19,898 bases of DNA, taken from contig JAWAEV010000010.1 of NCBI GenBank assembly GCA_038891095.1, positions 1-19,898 of the forward strand, written 5' to 3'. Both the position numbers and the translations under genes were made by a program. The notes under the pieces are model-generated. The model saw only the letters and a program-made list of their open reading frames with translations, ran no database searches and was not told the DNA's origin. Shown here in pieces: positions 7,879-16,797 of the stretch. This stretch comes from Candidatus Altiarchaeota archaeon (GTDB lineage Archaea; Altiarchaeota; Altiarchaeia; IMC4; QMZM01). The first letter of the stretch is position 1; every line of letters starts with the position of its first letter.

Positions 7879-8193
7879 TTATGGCACTTCTATAAATTGT
7901 TTTTTCTTACCAAGAATTACTTTATCCATGGAATGAATAACGCCCCCATTATTTTCAATTAATTCTTTAACACGGGAAAAATTCATATTTTCGCCTTCAA
8001 GTATAATTTTCACTGACTCTGTTTTTTCATCTACTGCATAGACAGATAAATTTGCATTTTCAATTGTTGGTTCTCTACAAATTAATTTTCCAAATTCCAA
8101 AATATTTGGTTGATGTGGCTTTAGGACATCTAAAACAAGAAGCCTAACTGGAATCTCCCTTGGATTTTTATGTTCCATTTCTTTCTTATTCAT
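7879..8193 (-). CDS. DUF211 family protein
   Basis: RLLVLDVLKPH and GGVIHSMD motifs; typically paired with the archaeal VIT1-like gene, as here; start uncertain (8193 or 8178). Confidence 0.85.
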   Translation of the reverse strand: MNKKEMEHKNPREIPVRLLVLDVLKPHQPNILEFGKLICREPTIENANLSVYAVDEKTESVKIILEGENMNFSRVKELIENNGGVIHSMDKVILGKKKQFIEVP

Positions 8194-8246
8194 CAAGTTT
8201 TATATATGCTTTTGTGTAATTATTAATATTAATAACAAAATTAAAA

Positions 8247-9002
8247 ATGAGGTATTCTGAGAGATGTCCTACAGGAATTCCTGGATTTGATGAACTTATA
8301 AATGGTGGATTTGTGCGTGGAAGAACAATATTGCTAAAGGGAGCATGTGGAACTGGAAAGACAATTTTTGGATTACAGTTTCTTTATAATGGGATAATAA
8401 AGTATAACGAGCCAGGAGTCTTACTACTTTTAGAGCAGAATGTTCAGCATTTAAGGAGAGATATGCTTCAATTTGGTTGGGACCTAAATGAAGTAGAAAG
8501 TTTGGGAAAATTAGTTATAATTGATGCAAGTCTTTCAAAATTCAATTTGACTGATATTAACATCCCAAGACCACCACATGATAGAAGTTTTTCATTGACG
8601 TCAATGGAAATTATAGAGACAAAAGAGATAGTTGACATTCTTGTTGATACAGCAAAGGAAATAAATGCAAAAAGAGTAGTTATTGATTCTTTACCTGCAT
8701 TAGATAATTTAGTTAAAAGTAAGGATAATGTCAGAGATATACTCTTAAATATAAACTACCGCTTGCAATCTGCAGAATTGACATCAATCATTATAGACGA
8801 TCTCCTTGAGAGAAGGGAAAAAGGGGTTGAGGAATATGTAACAGATGGCGTTATTCTACTTGAATATAAAACCACTGGTCCAGAAATAGGTCGCTATTTG
8901 ACAATAGAAAAAATGCGTGGAACTCCTCATTCTGAGAGCATACATCCAATAAGGCTTAGAGAAGGCGTTGGTATTGAAGTTTTAGGAGTTGAAGAAGTTT
9001 AA
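8247..9002 (+). CDS. KaiC/RAD55-like RecA-superfamily ATPase (single domain)
   Basis: TGIPGFDELINGG, Walker A GACGTGKT, Walker B VVIDS, KMRG arginine-finger motif. Confidence 0.92.
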   Translation: MRYSERCPTGIPGFDELINGGFVRGRTILLKGACGTGKTIFGLQFLYNGIIKYNEPGVLLLLEQNVQHLRRDMLQFGWDLNEVESLGKLVIIDASLSKFNLTDINIPRPPHDRSFSLTSMEIIETKEIVDILVDTAKEINAKRVVIDSLPALDNLVKSKDNVRDILLNINYRLQSAELTSIIIDDLLERREKGVEEYVTDGVILLEYKTTGPEIGRYLTIEKMRGTPHSESIHPIRLREGVGIEVLGVEEV

Positions 9003-9012
9003 TCTCCCTCTC

Positions 9013-9816
9013 TTAAATAACTTTACCAATTTTATATATCATACATTTATTTTCTTTACAAATTTCTTCCAACTTTTCATAATTTTTTTCATTAACTGAA
9101 ATTAAAAAATTGTCGAGATTTCGCGTCATTGGGAATGGAATTTCTTTCTCTAAGGAAAAATTTCTCTTTGATTTTTCAGAAATTTCATAAAGAGTTGAAA
9201 TCAGGCCACCTTTTGTGACATCTTTTGCTGCATTAATCCTTACCTTTGTTTTAAGAATTTTATACCAAGTTGAGAAGAGAATTTTTGCTTTTTTAATTCT
9301 CTCATCTTGAGAACCCCAGATTGGCTCACCAATTAAAGCAAGAACGTCGTTTTTTTTGGCACAATTGTCTTTTATAGGAGTTCTAATAAGTAATTTACCA
9401 ATTACAGCGAGAGAGCATCTTGGTTCAACATTTTCAATCATTGTATTGCCCCCTAACAAAGGAATTTTCATAGCATTTGCCTGAATTTTTAAGCTTTTGA
9501 TCATCTCTCTAATGTCACTTTCTGTCCCAGTTAAAGTGTCTAATGCAAATAATGGCTTTGCTCCCTTTACTAAAATATCTGTAGATGCATGAATTAGAGC
9601 AGATTTCATAACAAGCCTTTTCTTATATGGACCATCAACACTGACCACAATTTTATTATCTCCAATTTTAACACAACATGCATCATCCCAATCTTTTATA
9701 CCAAGGATTGGTTTTGCAATTAAATCCATTCTAAGAAGTTCTTTTCTAATCCATTTTAATTGATTTATATGCTTATCTATTAACTTATCATAGTAATCTT
9801 CATAGTTTTTTTCCAT
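9013..9816 (-). CDS. AIR synthase-related (PurM/ThiL/SelD superfamily) protein, function unknown
   Basis: DDAC, SVDG, TDILVKGAKP, GGNT, DVTKGGL, terminal IGKV motifs. Confidence 0.8.
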   Translation of the reverse strand: MEKNYEDYYDKLIDKHINQLKWIRKELLRMDLIAKPILGIKDWDDACCVKIGDNKIVVSVDGPYKKRLVMKSALIHASTDILVKGAKPLFALDTLTGTESDIREMIKSLKIQANAMKIPLLGGNTMIENVEPRCSLAVIGKLLIRTPIKDNCAKKNDVLALIGEPIWGSQDERIKKAKILFSTWYKILKTKVRINAAKDVTKGGLISTLYEISEKSKRNFSLEKEIPFPMTRNLDNFLISVNEKNYEKLEEICKENKCMIYKIGKVI

Positions 9817-9874
9817 TTTATGGTCAGAGAGATATTTATTCTTGTTCTATCTAAAATATATTAGGTTTTAAAAG

Positions 9875-10978
9875 ATGAATAAAAAAATTAATGGGTTTCT
9901 TGTAGTAGCTATCATTTTATGTTGCATATTTTTTTTCTTAGATGTGGCGAGTAGTAAACCAAAGATAAATGTCAATACAGAAGAAAGCTACCGCGTTGGT
10001 GAAATTCTAACTGTTTATGCTTCTCTAACCAACACAACTGGCGAAGCTATAAATGCTTCCTCTTACTGCAATATTACAATAACTCATTGGAATTCAACAG
10101 ATCTAAAGATTGATGTTGATAATGTTGCAATGAACTTCACTGGCAAGAAAGGCTGGTACTTCTATAATTGGCAAATTCCAGAAGATGCTGATTCTGGTAG
10201 CTATGGTGTTCTTGTAAAGGCAGATCCTAATGGAATAGAAACTCAAGCAACATCTGGCTTTCATGTTGCTCCATGGGCAAAAGAAATTCAATATCTCTGG
10301 AAAAAATTCCAGAGAATTAACACTTCAGTAATTCATAACGAGAGCTTTATATCAGCAACATTAAGTTCAACCTACAACATAACTCTCTTTTACAATGTTA
10401 CAATTCCATTAAAAGAAGGCTTCACCACTCAGGATTATATGCCAATGCGTTGGAAGTTTTGGTTTATTGATGCAGAAACAGGAATTTGCATTGATCAATC
10501 TCGTAGCCAAAGATTCATTGAGCCATACTGCAATCCATTAATTGCTCAAGTTATAAATCTTGGAAATTCAACTTTTACAGTGAATATAACAATAAGGCCT
10601 TCTCTAAAAAGAGGTAACTATACTATGATCAGAGAGCTTGAAGTTGATCCAGAACAAGTATGGCTTAGCTATGCTCACGGTCCTATCGGAAATATAACTG
10701 TTCTCGAAGATAATTTTGAGCCATCTATAGATGTAAAAACTGCTAAAGCTATAGGAGCTATAGAAGCTACGAATACTAATAATACACCTGGATATCGCAT
10801 ACAAATTCTCATACCTGTGATGCCCACAACAACTGAAAAAATTTCTAGAAACGAAAGTAAAGGAATTTTAATTGCAAATATATCAAGGAATAAGAACAAC
10901 AGTGGAATGCTTTATGGCTTAATTTTTATAATTTTTTTGTTAGTTATATATACAGTTTTAAAAATATACCAAAAATAG
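9875..10978 (+). CDS. secreted, C-terminally anchored beta-rich cell-surface glycoprotein
   Basis: Signal-like N-terminus, Ig-like segment (YRVGEILTVYA...WQIPEDADSGSYGV), many N-X-S/T sequons, C-terminal TM followed by Lys. Confidence 0.75.
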   Translation: MNKKINGFLVVAIILCCIFFFLDVASSKPKINVNTEESYRVGEILTVYASLTNTTGEAINASSYCNITITHWNSTDLKIDVDNVAMNFTGKKGWYFYNWQIPEDADSGSYGVLVKADPNGIETQATSGFHVAPWAKEIQYLWKKFQRINTSVIHNESFISATLSSTYNITLFYNVTIPLKEGFTTQDYMPMRWKFWFIDAETGICIDQSRSQRFIEPYCNPLIAQVINLGNSTFTVNITIRPSLKRGNYTMIRELEVDPEQVWLSYAHGPIGNITVLEDNFEPSIDVKTAKAIGAIEATNTNNTPGYRIQILIPVMPTTTEKISRNESKGILIANISRNKNNSGMLYGLIFIIFLLVIYTVLKIYQK

Positions 10979-10988
10979 GTCTATCGAA

Positions 10989-12254
10989 ATGGATATAATA
11001 AAGACATCTGAAATTTCTGGTTTTTATAAGTTGAGTATCGAAGAAAGAAGTAAAATTTTGCAAGTTTTCTCCTCTCTAACAAAAGATGAAATTGAAATTT
11101 TGCAAAAAAATCTTATCTTAGAAGATGCTAACCGCATGGTTGAGAATGTTGTCGGTGTAATGCAAATTCCTCTTGGAATAGCAACAAATTTTCTCATAAA
11201 TGGGAAAGACTACCTTATACCAATGGCAACTGAAGAACCTTCTGTGATAGCAGCAGCATCAAATGCTGCAAAAATTGCTCGAAAGAATGGTGGTTTTAGA
11301 GCATCAGCATCTGAGTCAATAATGATAGGTCAAATTCAATTAACTCCGAATGAAGATGTAAATTTTTTAAGGAAAATTATTCTAAAAAATAAAGAAAAAA
11401 TTTTAGAAATTGCAAATTCCAAAGATCCTTCTCTTGTGAAATTTGGTGGCGGTGCGAAAGATTTAGAAATTAGAGTAGTAAAAGCAAAGAGTAAGGAAAT
11501 GCTCATAGTTCATCTTTTAGTTGATTGCAAAGATGCGATGGGTGCAAATGCTGTAAATACAATGTGTGAAGCTGTTGCCCCATTTATAGAAGAAATAACA
11601 AAAGAAAAAACAAATCTTAAGATAATTTCAAATTTAGCTGATAGAAGAATTGCAAAAGCAGAAGTAAAAATAAAGAAGGAAACTCTTGGTGGTGAAGAGG
11701 TTGTTGATTCTATTGTAAATGCATATGAATTTGCAGCTGCTGATATTTATAGAGCAGCAACTCATAACAAAGGTGTAATGAATGGAATCACTGCAATCGC
11801 TCTTGCAACAGGAAATGATACTCGCGCAATAGAAGCTGGAGCTCATGCATATGCTTCAATTTCAGGGAGCTACAGACCAATAACAACTTGGACAAAAACA
11901 GAAGAAGGTGATTTGTATGGAAAAATTGAGTTGCCCATTGCAGCAGGAATTGTTGGTGGTGCTACCTCAAGCAAATTAGCAAGAGTTTGCTTGAAAATTT
12001 TGAATGTAAAAACAGCAAAAGAGTTAGCAATGATAATGGCATCTGTTGGATTAGCACAAAATTTTGCAGCATTGAAGGCATTAACAACAGAGGGAATTCA
12101 AAAAGGCCACATGAAATTACATGCAAAAAATATAGCACAAATGGCTGGTGCAAAGGGCAATGAAATAGACAAGATAGCAGAAATTATGATAAAAGAGAAT
12201 AAAATTAATTTTGAAAGGGCAAAGGAATTATTAGAACAATTATTGGAGCATTGA
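10989..12254 (+). CDS. mvaA: hydroxymethylglutaryl-CoA reductase, class II
   Basis: ENVVG, PMATEEPSV, DAMGAN, ATHNKG, GHMKLHA motifs. Confidence 0.95.
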   Translation: MDIIKTSEISGFYKLSIEERSKILQVFSSLTKDEIEILQKNLILEDANRMVENVVGVMQIPLGIATNFLINGKDYLIPMATEEPSVIAAASNAAKIARKNGGFRASASESIMIGQIQLTPNEDVNFLRKIILKNKEKILEIANSKDPSLVKFGGGAKDLEIRVVKAKSKEMLIVHLLVDCKDAMGANAVNTMCEAVAPFIEEITKEKTNLKIISNLADRRIAKAEVKIKKETLGGEEVVDSIVNAYEFAAADIYRAATHNKGVMNGITAIALATGNDTRAIEAGAHAYASISGSYRPITTWTKTEEGDLYGKIELPIAAGIVGGATSSKLARVCLKILNVKTAKELAMIMASVGLAQNFAALKALTTEGIQKGHMKLHAKNIAQMAGAKGNEIDKIAEIMIKENKINFERAKELLEQLLEH

Positions 12255-13316
12255 AATAGTCTCTCTTATATCTTGTGCAGTTAGCCCACATTCCTTAAAA
12301 TGAAAAATTAATTGTAAATTTTTAATCTCTCTTTCTTTCTCAGCAATGAATGACAAAATTGAATAAATGCTCAAAGGAGTTAACATTGCCTTCTCTTTAA
12401 TAATATGATACATTAACTTATCCAAAGAAATTTCTAAATTTAGAAGAGATCTTTCTCTTTTATAGGCAAGAATAGCTTCATTAACTGAAATTGAATAAGG
12501 GCTAAATTCCAAAATTTTTGAGAAATTCTCAACATCAGATTTTAATAAAAGCCTTAATTCTTTTTCCTTTAAATATAATCCATTTGGCAATAAAAAATCC
12601 TCATATGGAATTGCATTTAATTTACCTCTTAGTAGCGTTTTTAAATTTATTATGTCAATTTTAATGCTTAAAAATTCTCTAAGTCCTTGGGAGCCTTTTT
12701 TCTTTGCTATAGTCTCTGCATCTTTAGTGAATTTCTTAATTAATTCACATTCTAAGGGCATAGTATTACCCAATTTCTTATAATCTTCAATTTTATTCCT
12801 TAATGCAAAGTAATATTTTGTGCCATAAATTTTTGATATAAACTTCTCAACTCTCTCCTGGGTTTCATCTGAAATTTCTGAAAATATCTTGTCATAATCT
12901 ATCTCTGCTTTTATATATGGTATAAAAAAATGTCGCTCATCTCTTGTTTCTTTTAAATTAGAGTGTAGTCTTCTTATGATACTTATCAACTTTCTTAAAT
13001 TTAGCTCTTCAAAAACAATAAAGCTTAGTGCTTCAGCATCTCCTTTTGGAAGAACTGAAAAAATTTCATTGCAATTCCTGAGAAAATTTTTATTTAATGC
13101 ATTTTCAAGATTTTTGATATTTATCTTAGCAGAAATAACTTCCCTCATATCTAAATCATATTCTGTACCCTCAAGAGAAGCAATAACCTCAGAAACGCTT
13201 TTTGCATTTATAAGACTTTCAAATACTCTGAAATCAAAAAGTTTTGATTGCTTTCCTGATATAATCCCAAAAGCGTGTGCATAGCTTCCTTCACTACCAA
13301 ATATGGAAAAATTCAT
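12240..13316 (-). CDS. atpC: A/V-type ATP synthase subunit C (d)
   Basis: YAHA..I....SKL, LEGTEY, DIINLKTLLRGK, KEREIKNL motifs; follows subunits I and K. Confidence 0.85.
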   Translation of the reverse strand: MNFSIFGSEGSYAHAFGIISGKQSKLFDFRVFESLINAKSVSEVIASLEGTEYDLDMREVISAKINIKNLENALNKNFLRNCNEIFSVLPKGDAEALSFIVFEELNLRKLISIIRRLHSNLKETRDERHFFIPYIKAEIDYDKIFSEISDETQERVEKFISKIYGTKYYFALRNKIEDYKKLGNTMPLECELIKKFTKDAETIAKKKGSQGLREFLSIKIDIINLKTLLRGKLNAIPYEDFLLPNGLYLKEKELRLLLKSDVENFSKILEFSPYSISVNEAILAYKRERSLLNLEISLDKLMYHIIKEKAMLTPLSIYSILSFIAEKEREIKNLQLIFHFKECGLTAQDIRETISMLQ

Positions 13317-13382
13317 TTTTTAATTTTTGGACTTTAAAAATTAATTAAAAAATAAAAAAGAAAAAAGTGTAATTTTTAATCC

Positions 13383-13871
13383 CTAAAACACTTTACCTGA
13401 AACCAATAGCAAAACTGCTGTTACAAATCCAAATAATGCTGCAATTTCTGGCATTACAATGAAGATTAAAACTTTACCTGAAATTTTTGGATTTTTTGTT
13501 GTTGCTCCTATAGCAGCAGAGGCAACTTTACCTTGAGAGATAGCAGAAATTCCAGTAATACCTACTGTTATACCTGCTGCCAAACCAATTAATCCCTTTT
13601 CAAGAGTCATATTTCCAGACATTATTCCTAATGTTATTAAAACACCAACGATAAAACCATAAACACATTGTGTCTGTGGAAGAGCTTCCAAAACTAGTGC
13701 ATTTGAGAAATTTTCTTCTTTCTCTCCAGTAACAGCAGCTGCGGTACTACCTGAAATTTCTAAGCCCTTTGCAGAGCTTAAACCAGCTACTACAACAGCT
13801 ATTGCAACTCCTGTTGCAGCTAATACATTTCCTGTAATAAGTCCGGTAGCTAATTCAACAATTCCTGCCAT
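13383..13871 (-). CDS. atpK: A/V-type ATP synthase subunit K (c), 4-TM duplicated proteolipid
   Basis: LEALPQTQCVYG, SAISQG, MPEIAALFG; SD GAGGGTGA upstream. Confidence 0.95.
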   Translation of the reverse strand: MAGIVELATGLITGNVLAATGVAIAVVVAGLSSAKGLEISGSTAAAVTGEKEENFSNALVLEALPQTQCVYGFIVGVLITLGIMSGNMTLEKGLIGLAAGITVGITGISAISQGKVASAAIGATTKNPKISGKVLIFIVMPEIAALFGFVTAVLLLVSGKVF

Positions 13872-13897
13872 TTTTCTTTCACCCTCTATTTTTTATC

Positions 13898-15889
13898 TTA
13901 ATAACTATATCTTCTTTCCTCCTTAAATGGTCTAAATTCTCGCCCACCACCTCTATAAAATGTCCCAAAAAATTCCACATAGTTCAACCTTAAAGAATGC
14001 ACAAAACCACCTAAGGAGTTTATAAGTATATTCATTGTATGTCCAAAAATAAAAATTACTGGAGCTAAAATAAATCCAACATAAAAAGGAATTTGCAAAC
14101 TCATTTTTGCCAGAAGATTAAAACTTAAAGCAATGCCTGCAGTTGTTATACACATTGCCAAAAGTCTTGCGTATGAAAGTGTGTTACCAACTATACCTAT
14201 AACATCAGTGAAAAACATAATACCAATGTGCATATAAAGTAATGTTAAACTTAAAAATACAAGTAAAATTCCAATATATGAAAAAAAGTGAGGCAATAGT
14301 GGTCTTCCACTTGAAGATAAAATTGGAAAATTTGAAAGTAGAAAGAAAAGGATTCCAAAAAGAAGAATAAATTTTGAAATATACGCTTTTAGTGCTTCCA
14401 TATATTCCTTTCTTCGTAAAGAATTAAATGCTCCAAGAAGATAACCAAGATAAAGATGAGTAAAGCCAATTGCACAAACAAAACCAAGGAAAGTCATTGC
14501 ATTCCCATTATACATCGGATCAATCCATAATGCAACACTTTGAGAATTTTTACCAAGGATATATGTGCCTAAGAGATCGCCAAAATAACTACCTGTAAGA
14601 ATTCCAAAAATTATTGCAAAAATTCCTCCACTGGCAAGAATTACAGCAGCATTTTTTGCGTTTTCTGAGTGCTTACCAAATTTTTTGTTGAGCCATAAAC
14701 CCGCTAAAATTAATATGATGCCATAAATAGCATCAGTTAGTACGATTCCAAAAAACAGAGAATAAGCCACCATGAGAAAAATTGTTGCGTCTATACCATC
14801 ATAGGCTGGTAAAGAAAAAAGCTTGGTAAAAACTTCAAAATTTTTCACAGGACCTTTATTTTGTAATAGCACTGGTGCATCCTTAGGATTTTCATCTTTA
14901 TAAATTATAGCAAGATTATTAGTTTCCTCCTTAATTAAATTTTCAACTTCTTTAGCATCTTTTTTTTGGCACCACAAATGCATTATGGTAGTTCTTTTAG
15001 TTTTTCCAAATCTGTTAAAAATCTCGCACTTTTCTTTTTCTATCTTAAGTAACTCCTCAATCGCTAAAAGCTCTTTATGCTTTTCCATATACACCTTCCT
15101 TAATTCTATTAATAAACTCTCTTTTTCATTCTCAATCAACTTTAAGCTTTTTTTTAGTTCTTTAAGAATTTCACTTACTCTTCCTTTCTCACTAATTTGA
15201 ACTTGCTCAAATTCAACTTTCTTTAGAATTTTTTCAAGTTCTTGAACATTTTCATTTAGAACACAAACTACAACAGGAATTTTATTTTCAAATTCTAAAC
15301 CTCTTACTATAAGGAATTTTTCTTTTAAATTCTTCTTTAGTTCTTCTTCAAGAATTCTAAGATTCGTCTTTGTTAATGAACCAATAACTTTGCTTGTATA
15401 TTTTGAATTTTCCAAATTTTCAGTATTCAGCTCCAAGCTTAAAATTTTTTCATATTTCCTTATTTTATCAACAATTTCAGCTTTTTTTGACTCAAGTTCA
15501 GGAACCTTTTTTTCATATAGTTCGATACGCTTTTCAATTTCTCTCAAAGTGTTTTCTGCATGTTCTAAAAGTTCAATATATTGTAAGTGGCCTAACTTTA
15601 TTTTTTCATTTTTTTCTACTCTCAACAAACTCTCAATAAAGCCCTTCTCGTCTATTTTAAAAATTTCAATTGCATCAAGAACTTTTCTAACTCTCAAAAG
15701 CAAATTTGAAATTTCTACAATCCTTTCAGATGGTGTATCCCTAGAAATATTAAATTTCTGTAGATAATTCTGATCGAGAAATTCTATCTCTGCAATTCCT
15801 CTCTTATGTAATCTTTCTATTAACTTAGTCTTATTTTCATCAAATAGAATACATTCTATGCTACACATGCGAACTGTTTCTAAAGCCAT
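13898..15889 (-). CDS. atpI: A/V-type ATP synthase subunit I (a)
   Basis: FFGIVLTDAIYG, LSYARLLA (essential Arg), VHSLRLNYVEFF. Confidence 0.96.
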   Translation of the reverse strand: MALETVRMCSIECILFDENKTKLIERLHKRGIAEIEFLDQNYLQKFNISRDTPSERIVEISNLLLRVRKVLDAIEIFKIDEKGFIESLLRVEKNEKIKLGHLQYIELLEHAENTLREIEKRIELYEKKVPELESKKAEIVDKIRKYEKILSLELNTENLENSKYTSKVIGSLTKTNLRILEEELKKNLKEKFLIVRGLEFENKIPVVVCVLNENVQELEKILKKVEFEQVQISEKGRVSEILKELKKSLKLIENEKESLLIELRKVYMEKHKELLAIEELLKIEKEKCEIFNRFGKTKRTTIMHLWCQKKDAKEVENLIKEETNNLAIIYKDENPKDAPVLLQNKGPVKNFEVFTKLFSLPAYDGIDATIFLMVAYSLFFGIVLTDAIYGIILILAGLWLNKKFGKHSENAKNAAVILASGGIFAIIFGILTGSYFGDLLGTYILGKNSQSVALWIDPMYNGNAMTFLGFVCAIGFTHLYLGYLLGAFNSLRRKEYMEALKAYISKFILLFGILFFLLSNFPILSSSGRPLLPHFFSYIGILLVFLSLTLLYMHIGIMFFTDVIGIVGNTLSYARLLAMCITTAGIALSFNLLAKMSLQIPFYVGFILAPVIFIFGHTMNILINSLGGFVHSLRLNYVEFFGTFYRGGGREFRPFKEERRYSY

Positions 15890-15949
15890 TTTTAACAGAG
15901 AATAATAAAAAAAGGAATTTAAAATTAAAAATCAAAAATCTAATCCTAA

Positions 15950-16366
15950 TTAAAAATCTAATCTTGTTGTTATTAACATATCTGATTTTTCCACTCCTGG
16001 AAGAGAGGTTAACTTGTTTTTTATTTCTTTTAGTTTTTTGGTTTTGCCTCTTAGGATTATCAACTCCATGCATTTATCTTTACTAAGATGAAAATGCAAA
16101 TTTGTTTTTATCATTTGTGAATAGAAATGTTGTATTTCAATCAAATTTTTTATAACATTTCTCTTGCTATGTTTGTAAATAATTGAAATAACGCCAATAG
16201 ATTTACCTTTCCCAAGTTTCAATTCGTTCTTTGCTATATACTCCCTTACTGCATCTCTTATTGCTTCAGAACGATTTTTATAATACATTTTCTCTATCAT
16301 AGAATCAAATTTTTTCAATAGACTTGGCTCTAAAGAAACCCCGATGCGAGAAACTTTTTCTTTCAT
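15950..16366 (-). CDS. nikR: nickel-responsive transcriptional regulator NikR
   Basis: RHH domain RIGVSL...NRSEAIRDA; Ni-site residues IQH...HFH.....CME. Confidence 0.93.
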   Translation of the reverse strand: MKEKVSRIGVSLEPSLLKKFDSMIEKMYYKNRSEAIRDAVREYIAKNELKLGKGKSIGVISIIYKHSKRNVIKNLIEIQHFYSQMIKTNLHFHLSKDKCMELIILRGKTKKLKEIKNKLTSLPGVEKSDMLITTRLDF

Positions 16367-16410
16367 ATTAATTCTTTGGTATTACTTAAGTATAAAGATT
16401 TATTAGAAAA

Positions 16411-16437
16411 GTGTTACTATTTTAAAAAAAGTGTTAT
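16411..16437. promoter_or_regulatory. putative NikR operator GTGTTAC-N13-GTGTTAT
   Basis: Two near-identical 7-bp half sites with a 13-bp A/T spacer in the divergent nikR intergenic region; third related heptamer GTATTAC at 16379-16385. Confidence 0.6.
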
Positions 16438-16481
16438 TGCTTTTTAAGTACGAAATCATAATATTCCATAGTTGATTAAAG

Positions 16482-16796
16482 ATGGCATGTTTTCTTGTTC
16501 CTGCAGGAATAGCAGTTATAACAACTTTAATGAGGAAAAAATTCCCAAAAAATTTGCATGTTGAATGGCTAAATTCAATGTTATATGGTGGAGTTTTAAT
16601 GCTTGCTGTTGAGCATATTGCTCATGGAGAAGTTGTGCCATATCCGCCATTTTTAACTAAGGGCATAGAAGAAATTCTCCCAGAAATGATAAAAATTGGC
16701 TTACCGATGACAATATTTGTTTTTATAGCGTGGTATGGGATTGTTATTTTCTCAGAAAAATTAAAATTAAAAAATTTGAAATTTGCAAAAACATAA
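16482..16796 (+). CDS. small 3-TM membrane protein (MACFLVP... type), candidate metal transporter subunit A
   Basis: 104 aa; three hydrophobic segments; N-terminal MAC, MLYGGVLMLAVEHIAHGE, PYPPFLT. Confidence 0.8.
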   Translation: MACFLVPAGIAVITTLMRKKFPKNLHVEWLNSMLYGGVLMLAVEHIAHGEVVPYPPFLTKGIEEILPEMIKIGLPMTIFVFIAWYGIVIFSEKLKLKNLKFAKT

Positions 16797-16797
16797 A

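Noticed and set aside
8247-9002. Circadian clock KaiC
   Set aside because: Single domain, no kaiA/kaiB nearby, and EY instead of the S-T phosphosite pair; typical archaeal KaiC-like ATPase.
9013-9816. Selenophosphate synthetase SelD
   Set aside because: No N-terminal catalytic Cys/Sec-x-x-Lys motif; only superfamily-level motifs.
16783-16797. TTG start at 16783 for the second small membrane protein
   Set aside because: ATG at 16798, one base after the upstream stop, begins directly with the hydrophobic helix and is the more plausible coupled start.
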